DNA of 64,000 bases. Source: Yuukianura sp. NJ FZ-2021 (lineage: Eukaryota). The stretch covers positions 12,524,001-12,588,000 of the forward strand of contig CM102286.1 in assembly GCA_046563655.1 (NCBI GenBank). Direction: 5' to 3'. Below are positions 49,791 through 61,600 of the stretch, in pieces. Numbering within the stretch: position 1 is the first letter of the stretch; every line of letters starts with the position of its first letter. The notes beneath the pieces were generated by a model. The model ran no database searches, had not been told where the DNA came from, and was given only the letters and a program-made list of their open reading frames with translations. Made by a program: the position numbers and the translations under genes.

Positions 49791-50934
49791 CAAAATTCTG
49801 AATTGTATATAGTATTTCTTTAAAATTTTAAAACACGTAAAGAAGTACAAAAACATTCCGGTCGATTTTTGAAAAAAAAAATTAGAATGCTCGGAAGAAT
49901 TCTTACTTGAGTCGAAGAAAAAAGTCATTGACGGTGCCTGTGTAGATAGAATTAAGAATTTTTTGGTTTATTTTTTCTTTGAAAAAGACATTTTCTTCAA
50001 AGGGTTTATAAAAATCGAAGTTAATTGTACAATATTATTTATTAATAAATAATATAACAAGACTTAGCTTAGCTCCTAGTTTGTCTTGCTGGTAAGCGAC
50101 GAGCTCGATTAGGTTATATACTTATGGATTGGAAATTGCGTATGGGAAAGGGAGAATATATTGGGTGGGAGTCAATAAGCGTCTCTGCGCTTTGAGAAGA
50201 CGAAAACACACAATTTTCAAATTCGTACCACTTTTAGGATTGGATTTCAACGTTATCGTTTGAGGACAGGGACATATTCATGCGCTTCTTTTCAAATCAT
50301 GTGATTTTGGTTAAATCACAAAGTATGTCGTATATAATTTGGGAACCCGTGGTTTATAGTTTTTCGAGTGAAACCTTGAACTTCGTTAGGTCTTTAGGTG
50401 TAAAAATTAACTGACACAGATTTATACGGAAGAGACAGTAGACGTGTCTTACGAAGGAGAGATTCGTCGTTTCGGAATTAGTCTTGATGAGATTTATCAA
50501 AATGAAATAAATATCAGTCGGAAATCGGCGTGAAAAGTTCGAGCGGGATCCATTTTTGCAAACATTTAACCGTGATTCGCAAACAGAGTGATATGTATTG
50601 CAAACGGAAAAGGAAATTCTTATAAAAACAAGAAAGCGACTACTTTCCGCGTTTCTGAGGCGCAGGCGCTGAGAACTATGGAAGTTGGGGGTGACGGGAG
50701 GGGAGAGGTCACTAAATTTTGCTGAAACTTGCGCTTGAGTAGCCATTTCGGGATTATTACTTTCTTGTGTCCAAAAATAGGCACTCCCTCTTAAAGTTTT
50801 TTAAAGATAAAAGTACATTTACGAATATAAAACTAATTAAGAGACTTTTACGACTTTGAACAAATTCTGAAGTAATGAAGTAGCAGTTACAATATAAATA
50901 AATTTCATAGAAACTTAAGCACAATTTAGTTAAA

Positions 50935-53900
50935 TTAACCGTAGGCATTGCTGGATTGGAAAATCTCATTGGGATAATTCTGTTGATTGGAAGAATTCAG
51001 ATCTCCGTTAATACTCTTCTTTCCACATTGCTGCAAAAACAAAAATAGGAATAATTAACGGTGATTCAGGATTTTGAACTTGGTTTTTGATTCGGTAGTA
51101 GGTAAAATTTCAACTTACTTCTTGCCGCCTCTGCCAGGCTTGCATGGCTTGTTTATACTTTTGAAATTCATGGCACCAATCGGCATAAACTTTTTGAAAG
51201 TCTGAAGTCTGCGACGGCGCAGAGCATTTCTGGACTTCTATTGTAACATTGTAGGTACAGAGAGTCAGTGACATTTCTCCATCGTCGTACCTCAGCTGCC
51301 ATTGACCACCATCAGTCTCGCTAATACTTAAGATTACCAAACCCCTCTCGGCAGTTTGTACGTATTTATCGGAACTGAAAAAAAGGAAAGGTTTCAATTA
51401 TTACTGAACTAAAATGGAGAGAATTTAAAGTTTTCAAAGGAAAAAGTTTTTGTCGTACCTAAATTTTACTGGCTCAGCGTCATGGTCGCCGACTTGATTA
51501 TAGGAGGGAATATGCACCCATTTGTAGGGCTGGGAACCAAAGGGAGACGACGTATCACCAGGCAGCGTCACTGAACACTGCAAATGTAAGCTCTGACCCC
51601 ACGTCGCAACAATTTTCTTTTGTTGCACGCATCTACGGCAATTACAAATTGCACCATTGCCACCAACTCCTTGCAGTAGCCTATAATTCAAAGAAAAAGC
51701 GGAATTCAATTTCCAATTCTTTGTGTATTTGATTGGAGTTTAGTTTAAATTCAATTAACGTACCCCGGCACATAAGTCTTGCAGACTCCTTCCTTCGGAT
51801 CCCATCCGCAGTAGGGGTCGCGTACACATCGAACACAATTATCGTAGCGCGCTCGGCATGGGTTTACTCCAATTTGACGCACGCGATAGTCGGAGCTAAC
51901 GTAGATTGACTTGTACTGAAAATTTTAAAGTCAAAAGTCAGTCTTCATTATACATTTAGTCTTTTTGTCACCATGTTCACCAGGTAGGTTACTAAGGTTC
52001 TAGGGGTAGGGAAATTCAGTTGACTGAAAGCGGAATTTACCATAGATGAAATTTCCATGGCTCGAACAGACTCAGGATATGTGCCCTCTATGATGTCAAT
52101 AAGTTCAGACTGACTGTTTCCGTCTCCGTCTCTCCACTGCACAATTTTGTAGATCTTTCCTTCTTCTGGAAAATAAAAAAGGAAAAGAAGATTGGTTCTC
52201 GACCTCAATAAACTTCGGGATTGAGACTAAGGAACATGTAGTACTAGCATAGGTGTAGTTCGACATTCGATTCTTACTTGTTCCAGCGTAGAGGACAGTG
52301 TAGTAATCTCCAGCCTGTCGCGACAGCGGGACTGGTACTTTATCTGCCACGACATGCGTAAATGTGACATCCCGAATATAGAACGCTGGTTTTCCATTCT
52401 CATGCCCCACCGCTTCGTCCATTAGGGGGTGAGACCGGATGAAATTTAAAACAGTATCTGGAAATTGGAAATAAAAAATTCAATTTACTGGAAAGCTCAA
52501 CTTCAAAAATCCGAAACTAGAATTTTCGTTTACGATTTTTACCTGGCAGAGTCTGAGTATCGTTGACGCATTCTCCTGGGCGTGGTTCAGGAACCTTTGA
52601 AAAAGAAATCTTCGTTTGAAATACAGTATAAACAAAGAACAGTAGTTCCCCAATAAATATACTTACGCGAGAAGAGAGGACTGGTAGCCAGGCGGAGCTG
52701 GATGTTGCCTGTTCCTTGAACTTTCCTTTGAAGACGTCTTGAATTGCGTCAAGTGTGAAGACGCAGAGAGCAGAGCCACTGAAACCAGAGCCCGTTGTTG
52801 TAAAAACAGCGTAGAAGCGACTGTCATCTCCCGGAACGCGGTAAACGCCCTCTGCAATTTCCAAAAAAAATTTGAGATGTTAGTAATGGACCCAAACTTT
52901 AGAAATTATGTCCAAAATTTATTATGGATCCAAAACTTTGTTCAAACAATGTCTTAGAAGATTCTCTGAGGGAAAAAAAAGTTCAGGAAAAAGAAATGAC
53001 AATGACAAAACTCGTTTTCAAAATTGAAGTTGAACTTAAAAAAAAGTTTCGTAGAGCTCAATCGTCATGTATAGAAAATAGTACTTTATGGAAGAGGAAA
53101 AAGTTGTAAATCAGCGATTATTTCGAAGTTTGTCGAAGAGTGAGTCTCGTCTTAGTGCTTTTCCTTCTTACTCTGTTACAATAACCCACACAGCGTCTCC
53201 CCTGTCGCTGAAAATAAGTTTCTTTTTAGGAAAAAGCAAAGTTCTAAAGCTCTCGAAAAAGTAGCCTTTCTTCTTCTTCAAGACATTGTTATTGGACCAC
53301 TTGAAGAGTGTACTCTTTTCTTACGTATTTCGTTGAAGTAGAAAGGATAGTCTCCAGGAACGGAACAATTGAGTCTTGCTTTTAAGTACGTGGCCCAATT
53401 CTGTACTAAAATGTTCTTTCCACCAGTATCCTTCTTACATACACGAGCCACGCGAGAGTAAATGTTCTTGCCGCAGTTCATGTACTCGACGGCGGGTTCA
53501 CGGAAGAAAAAGTAGACATATTCCCCAATGTCATATGACCCCACGAAATTTGGCTCTAGAGAAACAAACGTAAATGGATTAAAGGCAAAGCTTTCTCTTC
53601 AGATTATAGGAGTACGAATTAGTAAAAGTAATTTTCACTTCGGTACAAAGTGGATTACACAAAAACATTTTTGTTGTGAAGGTAGTTTGTTGGGCGGGGC
53701 AGAGTTATTTAAACATGAGTCTCAACTTACTGTCCAACCATTTGGAATCATATTTCAGTGTTCGTTTGAACAAGTGTTTCCGTTCTCCAGTTGTCATGTT
53801 GTATAAGTCAGTTCGGAAAATTACCGTATCGGCCTTTGTGAACTCCGCGTTTGTTCCACTAAAAAAAAGAGTAGAGAACAAAATGAATAATTTCTTTTAT

Positions 53901-55659
53901 CAAAGGCCGAATTAGAAGGCGACTCTCAAGTAGTAGTGGCTCCTTTGCTGCTCAAGGGCTCGTGAGACTCCAATTTCAAATAGATTCGAATCGACAAGGC
54001 TCGTAGGAGAGGAAGGACCATAAGTGTCCGTTTACAGGAAATGCAATGCCTCTTCAAAGGGCCCTCATCACGAGAGTGTGTTGGTAGTAAAGCAGAGGAC
54101 GTAAATTAATTGAGTAGAGGTTTCCGCTTGAGGACAAACAGGATTTCGTGAATTATTAAGTAAAATGAGCGTTCGACCAACCTGTAGAGTCCAGGCAAGT
54201 TGTCAGGGTTTCCAGTTTCAACCCATACGGCTGTGGAATTGTCATTTGGATCATAGGGGCATCGAGCAGTACCTTCGCCAATCCCGGGGATGAATGTTTG
54301 GCGTGATACTGGAGTCAGATTGGACTAAAAAAGCAGAATTTTTATAACATAACTCAAATTTTATAGAAAGGTACACCAAAATTTATATTTTTAAGTAGTA
54401 TATGTTAGTATGAAACGGAAGCAGTCAACCAAAGTAGAGCACCAAGCAATTTTTGAAATTGAAAAAGAATTAGTATGAGAGAGACGATGGCTTACAGTAA
54501 CTTCCGTAAAGGTCGGTACCTACAAGTCCACAATCACGAGAAAAAAGAAACAAAGACAGGGGAAACTGTTACTTTCACCAAAACACCAAAAGGCTTCACA
54601 AAGAGTTTTAATTAGAAAAGACAAATTAAAAATTCAAACAACCACTACTACCACCACCACTATATACTTTGACTTTTCGTTACTTCGATTTCACCATTTC
54701 ACCAAGCCACAAAAAAGTATTTCACAAGAGCGATCAAACCAAGTTAGGTGTTAAAGTCAACATTCAACAATTAAAAAAACTTACGTTTATCACCCAGTCC
54801 TTGGGGTGGTGAGCATTTGTACCACAAACGTATAAACGATTTCCGTCTCCCATTGCCTGGATGACTCTGATGTGATTTCGACAGTCGAAATCCTGCGTTT
54901 TCAAAAAGTAAAGAATTAGCAAATTTTTCAAACCAAAATATTTTTATAACTTATGTTGAGAGTTTTTGACTATCACCTCTGACTTTCCTTTGGAAACGCA
55001 TGCTCCTGGTGTGGAGGGATCAATGGTCGCCGAGTCCTTCTGTAAAATTAAACCCAAAATTTCTGTTAATTTTGGCCCAGTATTCCGCACAGCGTTAGAC
55101 AAACATTTGCTATTGGCTTCTCCAAACTACTGCGCCGCTACTTCCATTTTAATTACAAAGTGTCAGGAGGAAGAAGAAGCTCCTTCAAACAACGAGAGTG
55201 AGAGCCGCGTAGAAACCTACTTTTGTTTGATTCTGTTCAAGGGTGAGCACCGTGCCCTGAATTATTTATAATAGGTGACTCTTCCCTTCTAACTGTGCTA
55301 AAGAACTAACGTTGTTCATTGGCCGCACTGTGCAGAAGCTTTAATTAAATATTCTTTTGAAATGAACCTGTCGTCGTTTATGGGCTAATAAATCAGATCA
55401 TTGTGTAATTAAGCCCTCGCTTTCTTCCCTTGCACTACTAAGAAACCTACGTTTCCCCTGTATAATGGCTAACCATAAACTCAACTTTAGCCCTCCCTCC
55501 AACAAACTTTCTTTCATTTAATCGAAATGTTTTCTTTTTATATTCAATAAATTTTGTTGCATCTTCACTCTCGTAATTGAAAGACAAGAAAAAAAGGCGG
55601 TACTTACTTTACAATCCATGTGACTAATATTGCTCAGATTGACTCGCATGATTCGATCC
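50935..55659 (-). CDS. Sema2a: Semaphorin-2A-like secreted semaphorin (Sema-PSI-Ig), 5'-partial
   Basis: About 14 exons between 55659-55608 and 51031-50935. Motifs CVSKGKSE.FDCRNHIRVIQ, LYVCGTNAH, ARCPYDPNDNSTAVWV, YSGTNAEFTKADTVIFRTDLY, YSRVARVCKKDTGGKNIL, YLKARLNCSVPG, PSI CVRDPYCGWD, Ig WGQSLHLQC and C-terminal DFQKVYADWCHEFQKYK; no TM helix. Upstream exons were not found in 55660-64000, which implies an intron longer than 8 kb. Confidence 0.95.
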
Positions 55660-58600
55660 CTGAAAGAGAAAAGAAGAAAAAGATTTTAGTTTGGAATTAA
55701 AGATCAAACAAAAACAAAAGCAATTGAAACATTTCCCAATTTGTGAAAAGTTTCCTTTGTTGTAAAAAAAATAACAAACTTTTTCGCAATTGGCACATCA
55801 AAAGTTTCCCAGTTTGAGTTTTAACTTTGATATAATTGGCGGAAAGGGAATTGGTAGCAACGCAACACAAACTCCGTAATTCAATTTTGGAACTAATGGA
55901 TTAAAAACTTCTTTGAAATTATTTTCACTCAAACTTTCACTTTGGGGCTGACCTCCTTTTTCAGTTTTCAGCCTCAACACCATTCCCGCACAGTTTCAAA
56001 AGCAGAGCAAAAGACAAGCAAGAAGTTTAGTTGTTGGTAGGAACCTCGGAAGTGTTTTTAAAAAAAAATTCCTGGAAAATTCTATTATCCATTTTGGTAT
56101 ACACTCTATGTGGGCTTCGTTTGGTTCCGTTTTTGGCTCCAGCGTCTTTCTTAACAACGAAAACGATGGGAATCTTAAACACACCAAAGAAGCTAAGAGT
56201 GGTTTGGCATAACCTCCAGCCTTGCAGACTTCATCTCTACCCAATTCCTCTGGAAAAGTTTGGAGTGAAAATGACAGGCTGTGAGTTTTAAGTTCATTCA
56301 AACGACGGCGGGAAAGTCTGGGAAGAAAGCCTCAACACACTTTAAGCAAAGACGACGAACAACGGGAATGGATTAACTGGGCTTAAGAACCGCCCGGGAG
56401 TTCATAGACGACTTTCTTTGCTTTCTCCTCTGCCAGAACAAAAGAGTCATATGCAAATCACATCGCTTCGGTCTCAGAATTAATGGAACTCCTAAAGCTA
56501 AAAAAACGCACCGAAAAAGTTCCGTGCCAATTTTTGCCTTTTCCTTCCTTTAAAAAAATTGAGGTTGAAAAAACTTGAAAGAGCTTCAGAAGCAGACAAA
56601 ATCAGAAAGTGACATGGAAGGGCCGTGCTAACGCACTTCTCAGGTCATTAGCCCAACGGAAAGGAGAATTATGAAAAGAAGGGCAGTGGGTGGGGCCAGG
56701 AAATATGAAATGGATGACTTTCACTTTTGCCAGTGAAAGTGACACTGTTTACTTTTCTGAAAGCTATCCAGGCGTTAACTATCGAATTTTTTTGTAAGCA
56801 AAACTAGGCTTCTCGGGCGCGTGCTGAGTGATGATGACTCAGATAGTAAACCATTTCGTAAGTAAAAAATCGAGTGGTAAATGGCAAAGTTTACCTTTAG
56901 CTCAAAACTAATTTCTGGGGAGCGTCTTTTCCTGAAGTTGAGCATTAGGAAATTCTGAAGTCTCTAGTTTCAGAATGAGAGCTTAGGTCTTAACATTGTT
57001 AGAACTCGAGCCATTGTCTTTGTCCGTGCTTGTAAGTACAAAGTACTACTGGTAGAACTTTCCTTGAATCCTACAACGTCATCTTCTTCATCGGACGTAC
57101 TAACAGTTAGCCAAAGCTTTCCCTTTTCCCCTGCCTCATAAGGTTCTGGCTGCTCCTGCCTTAATTGGAAGTACAAAGAATAAAAGCGTGTGTGGAACTT
57201 TTGCTCCACTGTCATTCTCTTAAGGTTACGACGTGAGGAGACTTCTAAAGGTAGAGCAATATCAAATGAAGTATCACGAAAAAGAAATGACAATGTCAGC
57301 TTTTCTCATCCGCTAAATCTCACTGAAAGAACTCCTCGGCTTTTGCCAATTCCCTGAACAATACTTTAAAGTCGTACAGCGAAGTCTGGTGCTCGATTGT
57401 GGTCATAAGAATCTAAAAAGCGCCAGGAAAAAAAATACACCTAGCGTTGGAATTGTACTTCTATGAAAAAAAAATTCCAGGGAGACATGTGAGTTGTTGT
57501 TGAAAGCAGCGCAGAATTTTTAGCAGTGTTTCAATAACATCAGGAAAAAAGAGTCGCCTAAGGTAGGTAAACTAACCTCAGCGCTTTTCCCGCCCGAAGG
57601 CTTTACTCAAGCACAGTTGTAAATTTCGAGTCGCGCCGCGAATTTTTTTTTAACGTCTAGACATTTTACCATGCCGAAGGGTTTCGCTTCTAGAATTTTT
57701 CAATGTTTCAATTCAATTTTGACGGAAACTTTAGTAAATTTTGTAGTAAACAGTGTTATTTCATCATGAGTTAGAAAAGCTATGAGCCTCTTCAGAAAAT
57801 TAATCAAACTCCATTTTGTATAATGGAAGCTCCATCAAAGGTTGGAGTTTCTGAGAGACCTGCCAGAAGAATAGTGAGACATTCTATTATTTACAGTGCT
57901 TTATGCCTCTGAAATTTGGTCTAGAGAAGCCTTTGCAGAATTAGAATTGAATTTGCACTGGGAAAGGTGAAAGTGAATTCGTGAAAGTGAAGCCCTTGTT
58001 ACTCGTTGCGAATTCTTATGATGACTCAGAACTTCTCTCTAAGGGAAGAATCATGTTGAGGGAAAGAGCAAGATGTTACGTGATGTAAATAATTCTAGAT
58101 TCAAATTGCGTCTCTTCCCTCTTTCCCTAATGGCAAAAACTTGTGAATGTCTCTCAGGCTTCCCACTTTTACTCAAAATAACTTTCACCTGGTGATCTGG
58201 AAAAATTCTTACTTTTTTAAACTTTCAGAAATTCTGGATCCTAAAGAAAGTGAAACTGGAAACTGGAGTAACGGAAAAGTTTTAATATTGGAACCGTGTG
58301 AGTCTTCCCTCCGTTGACTTTAATTCGTTTGACCTACTTGTGGTCGTTGCGCCCATGTTTTTCAAATGGAAAATAAAAATAACCGTTTGCCGTTACGGTA
58401 AAAGTAAACGTCGGCCATGATTGTTTTTCAACTTTCGCGGGGTTTCAAAATTTCGAAACTTTTTTCATTCCTGAAGTTTTATCTTTGACTGGTGGGGTTT
58501 CAATTTCTAAAGCCAAGGCGCTAAATATTTGAAATTTCAAAATTATAAAAATGGCATGTACATGGTCCGTTTTCATAAAAACCGTTTGCGTTTTCTTGAT

Positions 58601-61600
58601 GTTTTTTACGGTAAAGTTAGCAGACTTTTAGCATCGTGGTTCAAATGTGCACTGAAACTGGGATAGAAACAGATTGGATTGGTATTGGACGTTACATTGG
58701 GTTCATTACATAGGTTTCGATTGGACAAACAAACCCTCAATTGTTATGTCTCTCTTTCCAAAAGAAGAAAAAACCAAAGGAGTGTAAACTGTAATGGTCA
58801 CGCTTCCATTTCCAGGTTGTAAACGGCTTCCAGGAAGAGGGGAAAAAGAATTCCAGGATATAAAATAAAAGTGAGAAAATAGGAAAACCTGGTGGGAAAC
58901 GATACAAAAAAGTACAATTGCTGACCGTCTCTTTCGTCCAGAAAAAACGGGACCGAGAGAAAAAAACGGGCATTTCTCTGTGTCCTAACGGATTCTTCCC
59001 CTAATGGTGAATTTGGAATTTCCAATAAGTTTAATGGCACGACAAGGAAAAAGTAGAAAGAGAAAGCCTTGGTATAGTGTCGTAATTTAAACGGTAAAAC
59101 CCTAAGTCTCTCCGTGTTTTTTGAGGTTTCCGGTTGTGCTAAAAGTTCGTTTTTATCCATCCCTTGTCCAATCTAAAGGTAATTCTTCTAAAGGTTATTC
59201 ATCCTGGACACTATAAATTATTGGCAGTAATCTCCAGAACCAATTACCCCACCCAAAAAGAAAGACAACAACAGACACTACACACTTCCCACAACATCTT
59301 CAGTTTCAGCGTAGCCTTGATTTAACGCTCTTTCTCCCTTTCTCCCCTCCAAAGACATTAAATCCTTCTTTAACACTGAGCTATTGACTGGCACTTAAGG
59401 TTCAATTTCAAAACCATTGCAATTACACGAAAATTGAGCAGGGACTGGTTCCCAACATAAGTTTTCCTTCGCCTGCAATTACTACATTTTCAAACCCACT
59501 TAAAATTAAATTGGAATTGGTACATTTCGTAAAAGTCAAATTTAAGGGATCACCTAGGATGTTATTTGTTCACAAAAATTCAAGTTCAAAAAAGAAATGT
59601 TTTAGAACAAGAAAAAGTATGATTATCACATCAGTTTTCTACTCGCATGGAGTCTTAATTACTCTCAAACACGAACCTTTACTACACTAAACTCTAAATC
59701 ATGCATATGTTTCTTGTAGTTAGTAGCGGAGGGAAAGAATCTGAATGGAAGGGAAATTGTGGACGTAACTACTACAGGCCTTTGCAAAAACTTTAGTCTT
59801 TGTTCTGTTTGCCTTTGCATGTTCTGCCCAATTACCAAAAACTACTTTTTAGGACGACAGTACTTCTGGACTTATGCTTTCTCGAGTGGATTTTAGTAAT
59901 TAGACGTGTGCAGTCTTTCTCTTAGAAAATCAGAGATCCCCTCCCATCATAATTCAAATTCTGTTCCCTAATTTTCAAATGCTCTTCCACCAAGACTACG
60001 TGTGTGTTCAGAACAAAACAGAGACTAACTAAAAAACTAACTTTGGAAAGTTGGAACTCAAAATTAACAAACTACGGAGCATGCATAAACATATTAGAAT
60101 AGCAAAAGTTGGAATAGTAGTGGCCAAAGCCACTGTGTAATTTTGTAATTTTGGTCTCCTAACCATCCAACTTTATGTTCCACTTTTGTTGACTTGGTTT
60201 GGTCTGTGTTCTGTGTTACTTCAAATTGCCAACTTCCAACCAAACCCACTCTTCGTGCATTTTAACTTCCAACGTTTTCCCTTCCCGCCCAAAAATTATG
60301 AAATTAATATGGAAATGAGCCAGTTTTAATTTCTCCAAATTATGATCTTTCTTTTTCTGAAGTTCCATTTTTTAAAGAAACAAACTTAAGAACAACAGTT
60401 TCAAAAAAGTTGTTTTTCCTGTAGTGGTTTCGTTTAAACTCAAAGTAAAAAAAAACCTAAAAAGTGTTTTCAAGTCCAGAAAAATGAAAACCGGGAAAAG
60501 ATGAAGTGTTGAGGACGAGCCTACGAACGTGGCAGGAAAACATTAAAGGCTTGAAAAGTCTCCATGCTTTTCTGTGCCTGATGGAAAGGAAAGAGCAGGC
60601 GAAGATGAGAGATAGACTCCGGAGTAGTGGCAGTACTTTCTCCGCTTTCTCCCTCTATTTGTGTATTCTGCTCATCGCTTGCAAATTACTCTGTCAGACT
60701 TTCAGTAGAGGCTCAAGTACGTTGACATTTTATTGCAACATTCCTTCATTTCCCGCTCATCCGCCATAGCTTCAAAAGCAACTTCAACGACCTAAAAAGT
60801 TTCCTCCATTTTCAAAAGTTTTCACAAGCCTAATCAAATTTAACCATAGCAGCAGCAACGAGCTCTCCAAAGGCGCTTTATTGTTCTGAGCCTTTTCTCC
60901 TATATAAGAACAAAGCTCATCCGACAGCCAGTCACCTTTTTTCATTTGCCACAAAATTCGAAACTGGTAATTGGAAAATTTCAAAATTTCAAAATTCCGC
61001 ATTCAAAACTGGCCTACTTCAACTATTATCAAGAGCTCTAAAAGTTGAAATTAGTCCGATTTTGTTTCATTTTCACTTTTGGCATGTCAAAATCCAATTT
61101 CTAATCGGATAAGGAAAATCCCTACAGTTCGCTCGAAACCAAAAACCAACGTAATAATTCCAATTACAAATTCTCGATGAAATGAAACTTTTCCAACCAA
61201 AAATTTAGTAAGGGCGCGAGAGGATGAAAGTTTTGAGGAAAGAGAAAGCGGATTAGACTTTCCTTTGGCGTAAATAATTATTCTGGTGGGCAGGGAAGTA
61301 TAAACCACAGGAGGCGGAGATTCCTATCATGCCCACTGCCAAAATTTCCATACCTCAAAATATTGCTAAACCTTTAGTGCTAAGGGGCTGAGGGAGTGAA
61401 AATACTGTACTACACAGCACATACTAAGTAGAAGCCCTTGACTGTTTGAAATAGCGGTTCTGAGTGAAGGACCAGCCAAAAGGAAAATACTTCCCAGCTC
61501 AAAGGAACATCAAAGGGATCCTTCCGGAGAGACCAAACTTTCACAAACCATTTTTCTAGGACTAAGGACTCTGAATAGATTTTGAACTAGGAAATAGGAG

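Noticed and set aside
50354..50746. 130-aa minus-strand ORF downstream of Sema-2A
   Set aside because: It lies within the probable 3' UTR and has no protein-like features.
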